From Carpediemonas membranifera BICM (lineage: Eukaryota; Protista; Fornicata), in contig JAHDYR010000034.1 of the NCBI GenBank assembly GCA_019828565.1, forward strand, positions 62,001 to 126,000: a DNA stretch of 64,000 nt, in the 5' to 3' direction. Of the stretch, positions 12,686 to 24,122 are shown one piece after another. A model generated the notes under the pieces. The model worked only from the letters and a program-made list of their open reading frames with translations, was not told the origin of the DNA and did not search any database. How positions within the stretch are numbered: the stretch's first letter is position 1; each line of letters starts with the position of its first letter. The position numbers and the translations under genes were made by a program.

Positions 12686-13288
12686 TTAAAGCTTACCGGC
12701 AGCGTAGGCAATACGGCGGGCCTCGAGGCGCTGGAGCTTACGGGCACGGGCAGCGGCGGCGGCCTCACGGCGAGCCTGCTGCTGCTCCTGGAGCTGGCGA
12801 GCGCGCTCACGCTCGGTACGCTCAGTCTGAATGTGCTCAACAAGGACGCGCTTGTTCTTGAACACGTTACCCTTGGCCTTCAGGTAAAGCTCCTTGTGGA
12901 GGTGGCAGTCGATCTTGCCGTCATCACGGTAGGTGGCGAGAAGGCGGCGAAGAACGCGGGTGCGGCGGACCCAAAGGCACTTGGTGGGCATGCGAGCCTC
13001 ACGAGTACCGGAACGCTTGCCGAAGCCAGTGTGGCGGCCCTTTGCCTTGGCCTCAGCACGCTGGCGCACACGGAAGCGGGAGACGCCGTTGATCTGCTTC
13101 TTAACGATAGCGCGGTCCTTGATGAGGCTACGGACGGCCTGGCGGGAGGAAGCCTGGGAAACATCGTTGATCTCGGTGGGATCGATCCAGACACGGTTCT
13201 GGCCACACTTGAGAATGTCAGCGGCAAGGCGCTTCTGAAGCTTCAGTTGAACCTATGTAATAGTTGCAAGCGATAGAAAACGGACCAT
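12686..13288 (-). CDS. RPL19: 60S ribosomal protein L19 (eL19); intron 13253-13285 directly after ATG
   Basis: ATG|GTCCGT...TTACATAG|[25 protein letters not shown]...[18 protein letters not shown]. Confidence 0.97.
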
Positions 13289-13497
13289 TCTTTCGTCGAC
13301 TCACGGATAAGAGCCATTTTTGACAATTGGGAGAAAACCTGAAATGAGAAAATGGCCCGGTCTACCTGGGCTGCGCAGTACAGCACGAATGAATAGATGA
13401 CATGTAGTTGCTTTGTTTCGTTAACTCTGTAGCGCGCCAAAGCAATATTCGCCGAAGACTGTCTCGCGACAGGTCGACCCCATCATCGCTCTAAATC

Positions 13498-14772
13498 TTA
13501 ATTTACCATGGCCTGAACCTCACTGCTGAGGCTGCACTCCAGCTCTCTGACAGCACCTGTCTCTGCTTTGATGATTTTCTTCAGTCCAGCAATATCTGTG
13601 CTGAGTGTCTCGATCTGCGCCAAAATATTGCGGATTCGGCCTTCCTCAATCTCTCTTTCAACTTCTAAATCGTGTATAGTCGTATTAGGTTGGGTTTCGA
13701 CGAAATACTGCGGCGGGAGCACCACCTCGACGCAAGGCCGGAGTGCTGGGACACTTACGGGGGCGGGAGGGGTGGGGTCGACAGTGCCAAGAGAACTGCA
13801 GCAGACTTCAAAGACACGAGTCTTGTTCAGTTCAGTGTCGCGGCCCTCGGGTTGGACTGACCGCTTGATGGCCTCGTATTCCGGCCCAAGGATCCTTGTC
13901 GCGGCTGTTGACTCGTCGGTGTTCAGTGCATCTATCGCTGCATCGACAATGTTGTCGTTCGTGAGCAGCGCCTGCCGGAAGGCCAGTACGGATCCGTCCT
14001 GGGCCACGCAGGCGGACGTGAACGTCTCGCACAAGTCAGCAAGCCTTGCTAGCCGCGGCATGGGACTGAGAAGCGAGGCGAGTACAGAGCTCTCGATAGG
14101 GTGTCCGTACCGGGTGGCGCGGAGGGCGGCCTCAAGAGGGTCCGTGGGTGGCAGCCGGACCTCCGCAGAGTAGGTGATCCTGATGCCCCGGTTTCTGTTC
14201 ATGAAGCCCGACGAGAGCATGAAGAACCTATGCCGGGGGCCGAGCACCGCCACCCTGCGGTGCGGGGCAGCAAGCGAAATCTCCACCGTCGTCTGCACGG
14301 TGTGGGCGTCGTCAACGTGAACCACCGCTAGTGTCACCGCCACCACAGCCCGTCGCTCGTACCGTGGCCGCGGGGACACTTTGATCCCGACAGCGACGTT
14401 GCTGTAGTACCCCGGCCCTTGGTGGCGGGGGTCCACCTGGAGCTCGACGGTGCAGTCGGACAGCCCGGCAGTCACAGAGTCGACGTTCCGGCTGTCATAC
14501 GAGAGCAGGATGTCACCGGCCACGGGCTCATCCGTGGTCGGCGGGACGGTGGATAGGATGGCAGCGACGGCATGGTTCGGGATCAGGGAGCGGCGCATGA
14601 TGTAGTGGCGGCAGCAAGGGCAAGTTGGCACTGTCATTGTGGATTCCAGCACCTGTCTGATGCAGGAGCGGCAGAATGTGTGGCCGCATTCGAGCAGCAC
14701 GGGGTCTTGAAACGTATCAAAGCATATTGGGCACGTGCAGTGTTCAGAAAGGAAGTCTTCTGACGAATCCAT
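13498..14772 (-). CDS. C3HC4 RING-finger protein (putative E3 ligase), C-terminal coiled coil
   Basis: CPICFDTFQDPVLLECGHTFCRSCI...CPCCR. Confidence 0.85.
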   Translation of the reverse strand: MDSSEDFLSEHCTCPICFDTFQDPVLLECGHTFCRSCIRQVLESTMTVPTCPCCRHYIMRRSLIPNHAVAAILSTVPPTTDEPVAGDILLSYDSRNVDSVTAGLSDCTVELQVDPRHQGPGYYSNVAVGIKVSPRPRYERRAVVAVTLAVVHVDDAHTVQTTVEISLAAPHRRVAVLGPRHRFFMLSSGFMNRNRGIRITYSAEVRLPPTDPLEAALRATRYGHPIESSVLASLLSPMPRLARLADLCETFTSACVAQDGSVLAFRQALLTNDNIVDAAIDALNTDESTAATRILGPEYEAIKRSVQPEGRDTELNKTRVFEVCCSSLGTVDPTPPAPVSVPALRPCVEVVLPPQYFVETQPNTTIHDLEVEREIEEGRIRNILAQIETLSTDIAGLKKIIKAETGAVRELECSLSSEVQAMVN

Positions 14773-15128
14773 GTGTTGAAGCAAACAGAGTATTTCTGAT
14801 CATCGTCGTGTCGCTCGCGCTGTGTCAGCACAGAAATTTTTTCTTGCACGGTCAACACTGATGCCATAGTGCCCCAAGGCCATCCTGAAACCTTGTTGAC
14901 TAGCCCAGCCCCCAGTACTGGAACTCTCGCAAAATCATTTCTCAGGGGCCCTGGTCAAGGTTGGTCCGCATCTACCAATCGTCCGGTGATGGAAAGGCAC
15001 TTAGCGATCCCAGTGTGGCAGACACCGCTTCAATGACCGATTCGTTTTACCCTGACATCGCTGATCTGGAATAGTGTTGACGCGGCAAGACCAGCAGGCA
15101 AACCTGCACAGACGCACAGAGCTTTCTT

Positions 15129-18100
15129 ATGGCCTCGAAGATCACCTTCTTCCTGAACGGAAAAAGAACTGTGCTTAGAAACCCTTCCGTGAACATGAGT
15201 CTTGCTGATTACCTCCGCACCGACGAGGTCCGCCTTATGGGCACCAAGCATGGTGATCAGGATGGCTACACTGGCGCTGATAACGTTGTTGTTGCTCACT
15301 ACGACTCTTATCAGGAGAGGACTATCTATCGTACCGTTTCTGCGGTTCTCACTCCTCTCGTGGCCGTCGACCAGCGCTCCGTTATTACTGTTGAGGGCCT
15401 CGGCACCATCGAGAAACTGCACGCTATCCAGGAGCGCATGTACAACTGCTCTGCCACTCAGTGCGGCTTCTGCTCCGGCGGTTTTGTGATGTCGATGTAC
15501 TCGCTTCTCCGCAACAACGAGCACCCTAAGGTCGCCGACATCGAGGAGGCCCTCGACGGCAACGTCTGCAGATGCACTGGCTACCGCCCCATTGCCGCTG
15601 CCATTGCTGCGTATGCCGAGGACGTCCCCGCTGACTACTTCGAGAAGATGAACGTCCCCGTGCTCGACTCCGAGCGCTTCGACGCCGCCCATGAACCCGC
15701 CCTCCCCCGTGAGCTCGACGGCAAGGCCCTCCGGGAGCTGGATGTCGTCTACGAGGAGGAGGACGCCGAGCTGAACGTCGTCGGCACCGCCACGTGGGTC
15801 CGCCCAGCCACGCTCAAGCACCTGCTCAAGCTGCACGACGGCAAGTCCCTCATTGTTGGCGGCTGCACCCGTGTGAAGCCGACATTCCGCCACCTCGGCC
15901 GCTACATCGAGACGAACAACGTCCCCGAGCTCAACGTGCTCGGCGTGAAGGGCGACGAGCTTGTCATCGGCGCCGCCACCACGGTCCAGCGCCTCGCCGA
16001 CGAGCTGACCCAACTGAGCGAGGACGACACCCAGCCCGTGTGGGGCGCCCTCTCGACCCACCTCCGCCGCACCCTCAACCAGGCCCTCCGCAACATGGCC
16101 ACCATCGGCGGTGAGCTGTGCGCGGCTGACCGCGACGACGCCATTATCGCCCCGCTCATCGCCCTTGGCGCCCAGGTGACGCTGACCGCGGCCGCCGGCG
16201 AGCGCGTCGTGCCCCTCGAGGACTTCATCCGCGGTGTCGACACCACGCAGTGCCGTAAGCTCGAGGTCGTCCGCCACGTCGCCATCCCGCTCCCCCGCCC
16301 CGGCACGGCCCTCTTCGTCCACGTCGGGTCCCGCCGCAAGACATCGTCCGTGCCCTTCTTCGTGAGCGCCCTGGCCCTCACTGCGGCCGACGCGGTCGTA
16401 TCCGCGGCCTCGTACATCGTTAGTGGCTGCCCCGAGGTCCTCTACACCCGCGTCCAGGCCGTCGAGAAGGCGCTTGTCGGGGCCACCCTCAACGACACCA
16501 CCGCCGCTCGTGTGCTCGAGGCGGGCTACATGCAGGAGCAGTGGGGCAAGGCCAGCATCGTCCCCGACGTGATCCCGGCCCGTGCCCGGCTGGGCGGCGT
16601 CGCGGCGTACATGGGCGTGCACCAGTGCGCGGCCCTGCTCGGCATGGGCAACGGCCTGACAGACCTCGACGAGGTGTGCCTGTCCATCGCCGACAGACGC
16701 GAGCACAAGCTACCCCTGACGATCCGCAAGAGCCCCGCCGCCACGATGAAGCACGTGGGCCGCCCGATCCGGTCGAAGAACGACAAGGCCAAGTGGACGG
16801 GGACGTGCACGTTCCCCTCGGACCACACGGCCGAGCGGACGCTGCACGGCGCCTTCGTGTACTCCCCCGTCCCCCACGGCATCCTCAACAGCATTGACAC
16901 ATCCGCCTGCGCCACAGTGACCGGCTTCCACTCCGCCGTCACCGCCGCTGACATCCCCGGGATGAACCAACACTCGGGCATCATGACGGATACCAAGGTC
17001 TTCGTCCCCGTCGGGCAGGAGGTGACCTGCACCATGCAGCGCGTCGCCATGTGCCTCGCCGAAACACCCGCGGCGGCATACAGAGCGGCCGAGCTCGTGC
17101 AGCTGGACATCACGCCGCTCCCCGCCCTGCTGTCGATCAAGGAGGCCATGGAGGCCAACTCATACCACAACCTGTGTGGCGTCGATGAGCGCGTCATCAA
17201 GTTGGGTGACGTCGAGCGTGGGTTCGCCGAGGCCGACCACGTTGTCTGGGGCGAATTCACTATGGCCGGGCAGGACCACTTCTACATGGAGACACACACG
17301 TGCCAGGTCGTGCCGATCCAGGACAACCAGTTCCGCGTCCAGTCGTCCACTCAGAACCCCTCGAAGGTCCAGTTCGACATCGCCACCGCCCTCAACATCC
17401 CCAACTCGGACGTCCACGTCGAGGTCGACCAGATCGGTGGCGGCTTCGGGGGCAAGCAGGACCGCCCCTGCATTCTAGCCACCGCCGCTGCCGTCGCGTC
17501 AAAGCACTGTGGCCGCCCTGTCCGCATGCAGCTCCGCCGCACGGAGGACATGGCGATGTCGGGCGGCCGGCACCCGTTCCATACGGAGTTCAAGGTCGGT
17601 CTGACCCGCGAGGGCAAGTTCACCGCCATTACCATGCTGTCCACGTGCGACGGCGGCAACGTGTTCGACGTGACGGCCCCCGTACTGGACAAGTGCACGT
17701 TCCAGGCCGGGTCGACGTACTACATCCCGAACATGCGCGTCGAGGGCCGCGCGGCCAAGACCAACCACGTGACCAACACTGCATTCCGCGGGTTCGGCGG
17801 CCCCCAGGCGACGATGATCATCGAGGCGATCGTAGACCACGTTGCCCGGGAGACGGGCATCGACGGATTCGAGCTGCGCGACAAGAACATCCTGCAGCCG
17901 GGCGACCGCATGCTGACGGGCACGTACATCAGCACGAACTACGCCGAGGGCCTGCCCCGCCGGATCTGGGACGAAATCATCGCCTCTTCCGAGTACAAGA
18001 CGCGCCGCGCGGCCGTCGACGAGTTCAACCGCCAGCACAAGTTCCTCAAGCGCGGCATCGCCGTGACGCCCTTCAAGAACGGCTCCCTCTTCGAGGACGA

Positions 18101-19041
18101 CTTCATGAACCAGGCCAGCGCCGCCGTCAACGTCTACCGTGACGGCACCGCCACCGTCTGCCACTCAGGGGTCGAGATGGGCCAGGGTCTGCACCAGAAG
18201 CTCGCCCAGGTTGCCGCCGACGCCCTCCGCATCGACATCTCCGCGGTCCGCGTGATCGCGACCGACACCGCCAAGTGCCCCAACACGCAGCCAACCGCGG
18301 CCAGCTCCGGCCAGGGTTTGTCCCCACCCCCCAGCTCACACAGACATCAACGGGCCCGCCGTCAAGAAGGCGTGCGAGGAGATCGCCGGCCGCCTCGAGC
18401 CCCTCCGCCGCGACAACCCCGACAAGTCCTTCGCCGATATCTGCAACATCGCCTACTTCACGCGCGTCGACATGGGCGCCCGTGCGTTCCACATCCTGCC
18501 CTCGATCCACTGGCAGTGGGACTTCACCGACGCCAAGAACCACAGCGGGTACACGGGCTACTACTACGACTATGGCGCCTGTGTCGCCGAGGTCGAGCTC
18601 AACACCCTCACCGGCGACCACCGCGTGGTGCGGTGCGACCTGCTCGAGGATGCGGGCCTGCCCATGAACCCGATCCACGACTTCGGCCAGATCGAGGGCG
18701 GGTTCACACAGGGTCTTGGCCTCTTCCTCGGCGAGTACGCCTTCCTCAACGAGGGCCACTTCGTCGACTACGATTCGAAGCACTACGCCGTGCCGATGCT
18801 GACGGAGGTCCCGACCGAGCTCCACACGACCATGCTCGACGAGGCCCCCTGCGAGGGCACCATCCACCAGGCCAAGAACACCGCCGAGGCCCCCCTCCTC
18901 CTTGGTGCAGCCGCCGCCATCGCCCTGAAGAACGCCGTCGCGGAGTCCCGTAAGGCTGAGGGCCCGATCAACATGCCGTGCCCCTATACGCCCGGTCACG
19001 TCATCGAGGCCCTCCCCCGCCCTGTTCTGCTCGAGCAATAA
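15129..19041 (+). CDS. Xanthine dehydrogenase/aldehyde oxidase-family molybdoenzyme; intron 18316-18343
   Basis: QCGFC...CRCTGYRPI, QDHFYMET, GGGFGGK, TAFRGFGGPQ, EMGQGL, GQIEGGFTQG; 28-nt intron GTTTGT...CTCACACAG joins ORFs 15129 and 18472. Confidence 0.93.
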
Positions 19042-19071
19042 TCATTAAACTGCACATTTACATAATACCAT

Positions 19072-20370
19072 TTACAACCCCGGTCTACACTCCCACACGG
19101 ACGCCGGGTGGACGCGGATGCCCTGATCCCCGTCCATCTTGAGGTCCGCCCAGTGGGGGGCGGGCATCGCCATGTACGGCACCCAGGGGCACGGGGGCGG
19201 GGCGGCGAAGGGCACGGCGGGGTCTAGCGTGTGGGCGATGACGGCCAGCCGCTCCCGGTGCTCGCTGAGGACCGCCCGGGCGAACGGGTTGAACCGCAGC
19301 AGGGCCCGCTCGAACTCGGGGAAGCGGAGGAAGCGGGCCTGCCCGTCCAGCACGGTGACACGGTGCATGCGGCGGAAGAAGCCGGGGTCGCCGCAAAGCT
19401 CCCGGACTGCACCGAAGTGGCGGGCATACACCTGGGGCGACGGTTTGCTGCAACCGACAACGAGGGGATAGCGCGCCCGGAGCTCGTGTTTGACCTCCTT
19501 GATCACGGCATAGTTCGAGAACAGCTTCGTCTTCAGGTCCACGTACAGCAGGCCGAAGCCGACGTCGGGGTGGGCGGCACGACCGAGGGGCTCGAGCGGC
19601 TTCATCGACGTCCCGCCGGGGTGCCGCCGGACCCGGATAGACTGCCGGCGGGGCGTGCCCAGCGTGCGGAAGGCGGGCAGGGCCATCACGGCAGTCACAA
19701 TGTCGCCCGTCACTGCTGTGGGATCCAGCCGGACCTCGCCCAGCTTCTCGCCGACCTGCGCCAGGATCACGACGAACGGCAGCGACACTGAGACGGTCAC
19801 CGGGGGCTCGCCGTCAGAGCAGGGTACGGGCGACGGCTCGACATCTTCACAGCGCTCCTCGTGCGGAGACTCAGGCTCCAGGGCTGCCGGGGGCGGGGCG
19901 ACCTTGTCTGAGGCCGTGGCGCGGCTCTCTTTGAAGCTTAGGCGGGGCGTGGTCGACCGGGATCGGGGCTCGATCAAGAAGTCCCTGGAGCTGCTCAGGT
20001 TGCGGACCGGCGGCGGCGAAGGGCTCTGGAGCTGGGTCTTTCGGGGAAGAATGGCCATGGGCACCTGGGGCATTGCGACAACGGACTTCTTGACCTGGGC
20101 AGCGGCGGACTTGGCATTCTGCTTCGCTGGAACTATCCCGGCTGGCATTAGTGCCATTGCTACAGGCGGCTTTTTTCCACCAGTGACATGAGTGGCTGCT
20201 GGAACTGGAGGCCGAGAAACCGAGAGCCCTAACGTGTTTTGCGCCCCTTCGTCTTCCCACATCTGTCGCGCTCGCTTAGCTTCAATAGAAACTGCTTCCA
20301 GCATATCTTGTAGGTTTGGTGGTTGAGGAACCATCGATAAACTTGCGTGGCTGTCGGCCGGTGACGACAT
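19072..20370 (-). CDS. Hypothetical protein (Pro/Ser-rich N-terminus)
   Basis: Long ORF with host-like codon usage filling the gap between genes; no recognisable domain. Confidence 0.6.
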   Translation of the reverse strand: MSSPADSHASLSMVPQPPNLQDMLEAVSIEAKRARQMWEDEGAQNTLGLSVSRPPVPAATHVTGGKKPPVAMALMPAGIVPAKQNAKSAAAQVKKSVVAMPQVPMAILPRKTQLQSPSPPPVRNLSSSRDFLIEPRSRSTTPRLSFKESRATASDKVAPPPAALEPESPHEERCEDVEPSPVPCSDGEPPVTVSVSLPFVVILAQVGEKLGEVRLDPTAVTGDIVTAVMALPAFRTLGTPRRQSIRVRRHPGGTSMKPLEPLGRAAHPDVGFGLLYVDLKTKLFSNYAVIKEVKHELRARYPLVVGCSKPSPQVYARHFGAVRELCGDPGFFRRMHRVTVLDGQARFLRFPEFERALLRFNPFARAVLSEHRERLAVIAHTLDPAVPFAAPPPCPWVPYMAMPAPHWADLKMDGDQGIRVHPASVWECRPGL

Positions 20371-20440
20371 TGTTGATGAATCGTTATTTCGCAGGATAAG
20401 GCTCTTCGGCGTGTGCTGTTGAAGGGTCAAACAATGTGTT

Positions 20441-22159
20441 TATACTGCGCAACACTGCCCTGTCTCCCTCCTACTCACGTCTTAAGTCGGTAGGGAGATC
20501 GTCTTCTCCAGGGCTTCCACAAAGCGTCTTCTTTGTGGACGTCAGCACAGCTGCAAACATCACAATCGCTCACACGTCGTCTCATTGTCTTCTATTCCAC
20601 ATTAAATTCACTTCTACACTTGTATATGCTGGTAATGGTGTTCATCGTCGGCTCTCATATGTCATCTAGTTAGCTAGCCGTTGTCATATATGACCAGCTG
20701 CACACCTGTAGTGCGCAACAAGATGGAGATATATACGATCAAAGCCTCCATCAAGCAAGCTTTCAGACAGAACTACACCGAAGAACGGAGAGTGGGGGGG
20801 TACGCCGCAGCAAAATATCTCTACTCATGCCTGCTGGCCCGGCTCGCGGTTGAATGCTATGCGCAGCGCCGGCAACTCCCCCCACATGATGCCGACTTCC
20901 ACAAAGGACTGCTCACTCGTCTACGCGGCGGTCAGCCGGGTCAGGCCTACGCGGCCTTCGTGCGGTCGCTCGACACTCTGCCGATGTGGCGGGAGACTAC
21001 CACGCAGGATCTGGTCGCGCAGCTCGAAGGTCGTGCGGAGTCGCATGGAGTGAGTCCCAGTCTCCGGAAGTGGTCCTCCCAAAGTGCGGATACACTAAGA
21101 CGCCAAGTTTCGGCTTTGATATGACGGCCGCGTCGTTCAAGAGCACAAGACTAGTGAGTATCAACGACTCTATTAGGTTTGTGCTGGACAACGCGAACGG
21201 CATTTTCGAGGCTGGAATGCGTAAGTCTTTCCGCCGAGTGCGCTTTGCGAACCACATCCTTCGCCAGAAGCACTTCGCCCGCTGCGGCCAACAGTTGGCT
21301 CGGGAGTTCGGTCGCCACCATCCCATCGCCACCCCCATTCGCCTGAAAGTCTTCTACGGGAGCTCGGGATTCACCACGCCTGCTGGTATGTTCATTCCTT
21401 GCGCGCCATATCGAAAGTTCGCGAGAGAGATAGTTCCCCTTCTCAAGAGGTATAACATTGTAGTCGATCTTAACATGGTTAACGAGGATTGCACCACCGT
21501 CGTCTGCCCTCACTGCCACGCCCCCTACAAGCGAGTTCGTCCGCGTGATGACCAGCACGTTCACCCACATCGTGTGATGCTCTGCGAAAATCCACAGTGC
21601 CGTGGTGCTCAGTGGCGCGCAACAGTTCCTGATGCTCTGAATGTTGATCATCGGGACAAGAGTGCTGCAGAGAACATCCTGTGGCGTTCTCTTGCCACGG
21701 AAGATGAGCTCAGTGGCTCTCCGTTCAGTCGCACATCGATCCCACGTCTTCAAACATCATTCCAGTATCATCAATTGGCTAACCGCCAACATTCGTCTAC
21801 GGACGGATGATGTTGTACAGTTTGGCACTTTGATCGTTCCTTTCAGGCCCTGTCTGGGAGGTTCGAACAATGTGTTTATACTGCGCGGTTTTGCTGATGA
21901 TTACGTGAGTGCGTATAAATTGAGTTCATAGGTGTTTACTGGGGGTTCATGTGAAGAAGGCTTAGGCTGTCAACCCCCCCGGGATGAACTCCAGGGGACT
22001 AAACAGGTTCAGCCTGACTGCCCACCTGTCATACACCAAAAGGGTAGCGGACATGAGGGCGTCGGCAATGGTAATGGCGACGGTTCTGGGCGGGATCTTG
22101 GTTCTCGCACCAGCGGACGCTAGGAATGTGACGGCCTTGGACTGTATACTGCGCAACAC
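20441..22159 (+). mobile_element. Fanzor-bearing insertion bounded by 15-bp direct repeats
   Basis: TATACTGCGCAACAC at 20441-20455 and 22145-22159; removal leaves a ~165-bp intergenic gap like others here. Alternative boundary: 21-bp repeat 20430-20450/21866-21886. Confidence 0.55.
20723..21810 (+). pseudogene. Fanzor1 (eukaryotic TnpB-like RuvC nuclease), internally deleted and frameshifted
   Basis: N-terminal MEIYTIKASIK; FRRVRFANHILRQK; VFYGSSGF...P; RuvC-II VNEDCTTVVCPHC; CENPQC; RuvC-III HRDKSAAENI; RuvC-I not found; frame change near 21085. Confidence 0.8.
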
Positions 22160-22239
22160 AGTTGAGATCAGGGCATTAGGGTTAGTCAAGTGGTTTAACA
22201 CATCTATCACACCACATCAATTTAGTACAGCCACAGGCC

Positions 22240-23919
22240 CTACACGGCCATGAGGTCCACCCCGTCGGGCATCTTCAGCTTCGCCCGCACGGATGCGAGG
22301 CCGGCCTGAACCAGCCCGTCGAGCTCGGTGTTGTCGAGGTCGATGCCCTCCGCGGCCGGCGTCATCTTCAGGGCCCGCTCGAGCAGCGTGTTCACGTCGC
22401 CGCGGAGCTGGTCGTCGGCGATGTGGGCGCAGACGGCCAGAGTGAAGCGGAGGTCGACGACGAGGGCCTTGATGCCGTGTTCGTTCATGTGGGGGAGGTG
22501 GCCTGGCCCGCGGGTCCAGAAGGGCCCGACGAGCATGTTTCCGACCATCTCCCGAAGCAGCGAGAGGGCGAACGCCCGCGTGTACGCCGCCGGCAGGTAT
22601 GTGGCGATCTGCCCGACGAGCGTATGGAGGTAGATGAAGACCTTCTGGAACACCAGGCTCGGCGCCGTCGGGGGCCGGGGGAGCACGTACTCCTGCGACG
22701 CCCACTGGATCTTCGCCGTCACCAGAGACGCCGCCCGCCGCTCGCTGAACGACGCGATAAGGCCATCGACGTTGGCTGCGAGGCTGTCTGCGAGGCGGGC
22801 GAGGTCGGGGTCCCGGGCGCCGAACGCCGACTCGAGGCACTCGGCGATGTACGGCACGAGGCGGTAGACCGTGAAGTGGACGTCCCCGATGGCGTTGAGG
22901 CTCTGCTTATCGTACACGGCCCGCTTCGGCTCTGTCTCGATGTCGCTGATGCGTCGGACAAACGTCGCCATCACCTGTCCGAATGTCGCCGCGATTGTGT
23001 TGAGGAAGTGGTGGTTCTTCTTGCACGTCGCCGTGATCGAGTCGAGCAGGCCTAGCATACCGGTTGTCATCTGCATGGCGCTGTCGCTGAGCACAACCAT
23101 GACGTCCTCACCCGTCGTGGTCGGGGCGGGTGAGCCCAGCGCCTTCTTCGCCATGGCAACAACGTCGGGGGACCGGGCCGGCAGACAAGGCAGGACGCGG
23201 CTGAGGGGGGTGCGCTCGGCGGAGGACCGCTTGTTGAGGCAGTAGTCCGTGTCGACCTGCCCCAGCACGCGGGCCACGAGACGCTGGCCGGCGGATGATA
23301 TGGCCTCCTCGAGGGGGCTCTGCAGCACGCGGTCGAGGCAGTGGGAGAGGGTGACGCCATGCCTGTCCACGGCCGCCGTCATTGCCCGGCAGATGAACAC
23401 GCAGCGCGTCACGTTCAGGAAGTTTGTGTCGTTGAAGACGTACTTGATGAACAGGTTCGACATCGTCTCGAACAAGCGCACCAGCGCCGGTACTAGGACG
23501 GCCGGAGGCGTCCCGTCACGCTGGTAGCCCTGGAAGATCTTGTAGTACGCCGAGCACAGGTCGGAGACATAGATCAGCGTGTCCCCTTGGAACGGGATCG
23601 ACGTCAGCTGAACCTCATCGGGGGCCCGGGACTGCTGGTGGTGCGTGTTGTCGCCCGAGTCCGCGGCATCGAGTGTCGTCGACGGCATAGACAAGTCGAT
23701 CGGCGGTGGAATCGTGAAAGTATAGTCCATTTTCCCTACAGCACTCTCATACAACTGCAACTGGTCTTGCAGACTGGGCATCGCCTGCTCGAGCCGCGAA
23801 ACGGCCTTGGAGATGTCCACGAAGACGGAATAGTTCTCCCCAATCACATCTCGTATGTCCTTTCGGACGTCAGACAGTTTTTTCTCAAGCTGGCGGCGTG
23901 ATAGATTGCCGTACGCCAT
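22240..23919 (-). CDS. Exo84/Vps51-like CATCHR tethering subunit
   Basis: N-terminal IRDVIGENYSVFVDISKAVSRLE (Vps51/Exo84 signature), helical body, C-terminal GIKALVVDLRF. Confidence 0.65.
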   Translation of the reverse strand: MAYGNLSRRQLEKKLSDVRKDIRDVIGENYSVFVDISKAVSRLEQAMPSLQDQLQLYESAVGKMDYTFTIPPPIDLSMPSTTLDAADSGDNTHHQQSRAPDEVQLTSIPFQGDTLIYVSDLCSAYYKIFQGYQRDGTPPAVLVPALVRLFETMSNLFIKYVFNDTNFLNVTRCVFICRAMTAAVDRHGVTLSHCLDRVLQSPLEEAISSAGQRLVARVLGQVDTDYCLNKRSSAERTPLSRVLPCLPARSPDVVAMAKKALGSPAPTTTGEDVMVVLSDSAMQMTTGMLGLLDSITATCKKNHHFLNTIAATFGQVMATFVRRISDIETEPKRAVYDKQSLNAIGDVHFTVYRLVPYIAECLESAFGARDPDLARLADSLAANVDGLIASFSERRAASLVTAKIQWASQEYVLPRPPTAPSLVFQKVFIYLHTLVGQIATYLPAAYTRAFALSLLREMVGNMLVGPFWTRGPGHLPHMNEHGIKALVVDLRFTLAVCAHIADDQLRGDVNTLLERALKMTPAAEGIDLDNTELDGLVQAGLASVRAKLKMPDGVDLMAV

Positions 23920-24122
23920 CTCAAGCCGGGTTCGAGGGTGGTTTGCTACGAGTACCGCGCAGCTTAGCCCGCCGAGCCGGCTGCGCTGTTAAGAAGCTTC
24001 CTGTGGCCGTGGGCCTCGGCTGGGATGCCGAGGAAGGCCTCGCGGTCGGCTGCGAATTTATCCCTATCCTGCGTTCGTCCACAAATACGCAGGGCGGATA
24101 ACACATCGCCTGCACGCTACAC

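Noticed and set aside
15030-16706. Long antisense/shadow ORFs (also 1381-2493, 11750-12382, 25238-26356, 44479-46131)
   Set aside because: They mirror real GC3-rich genes on the opposite strand and have no domain motifs
21894-21925. Hammerhead ribozyme after the Fanzor guide (CTGATGA plus a short stem)
   Set aside because: The required GAAA reads TAAA and stems I/III are not evident
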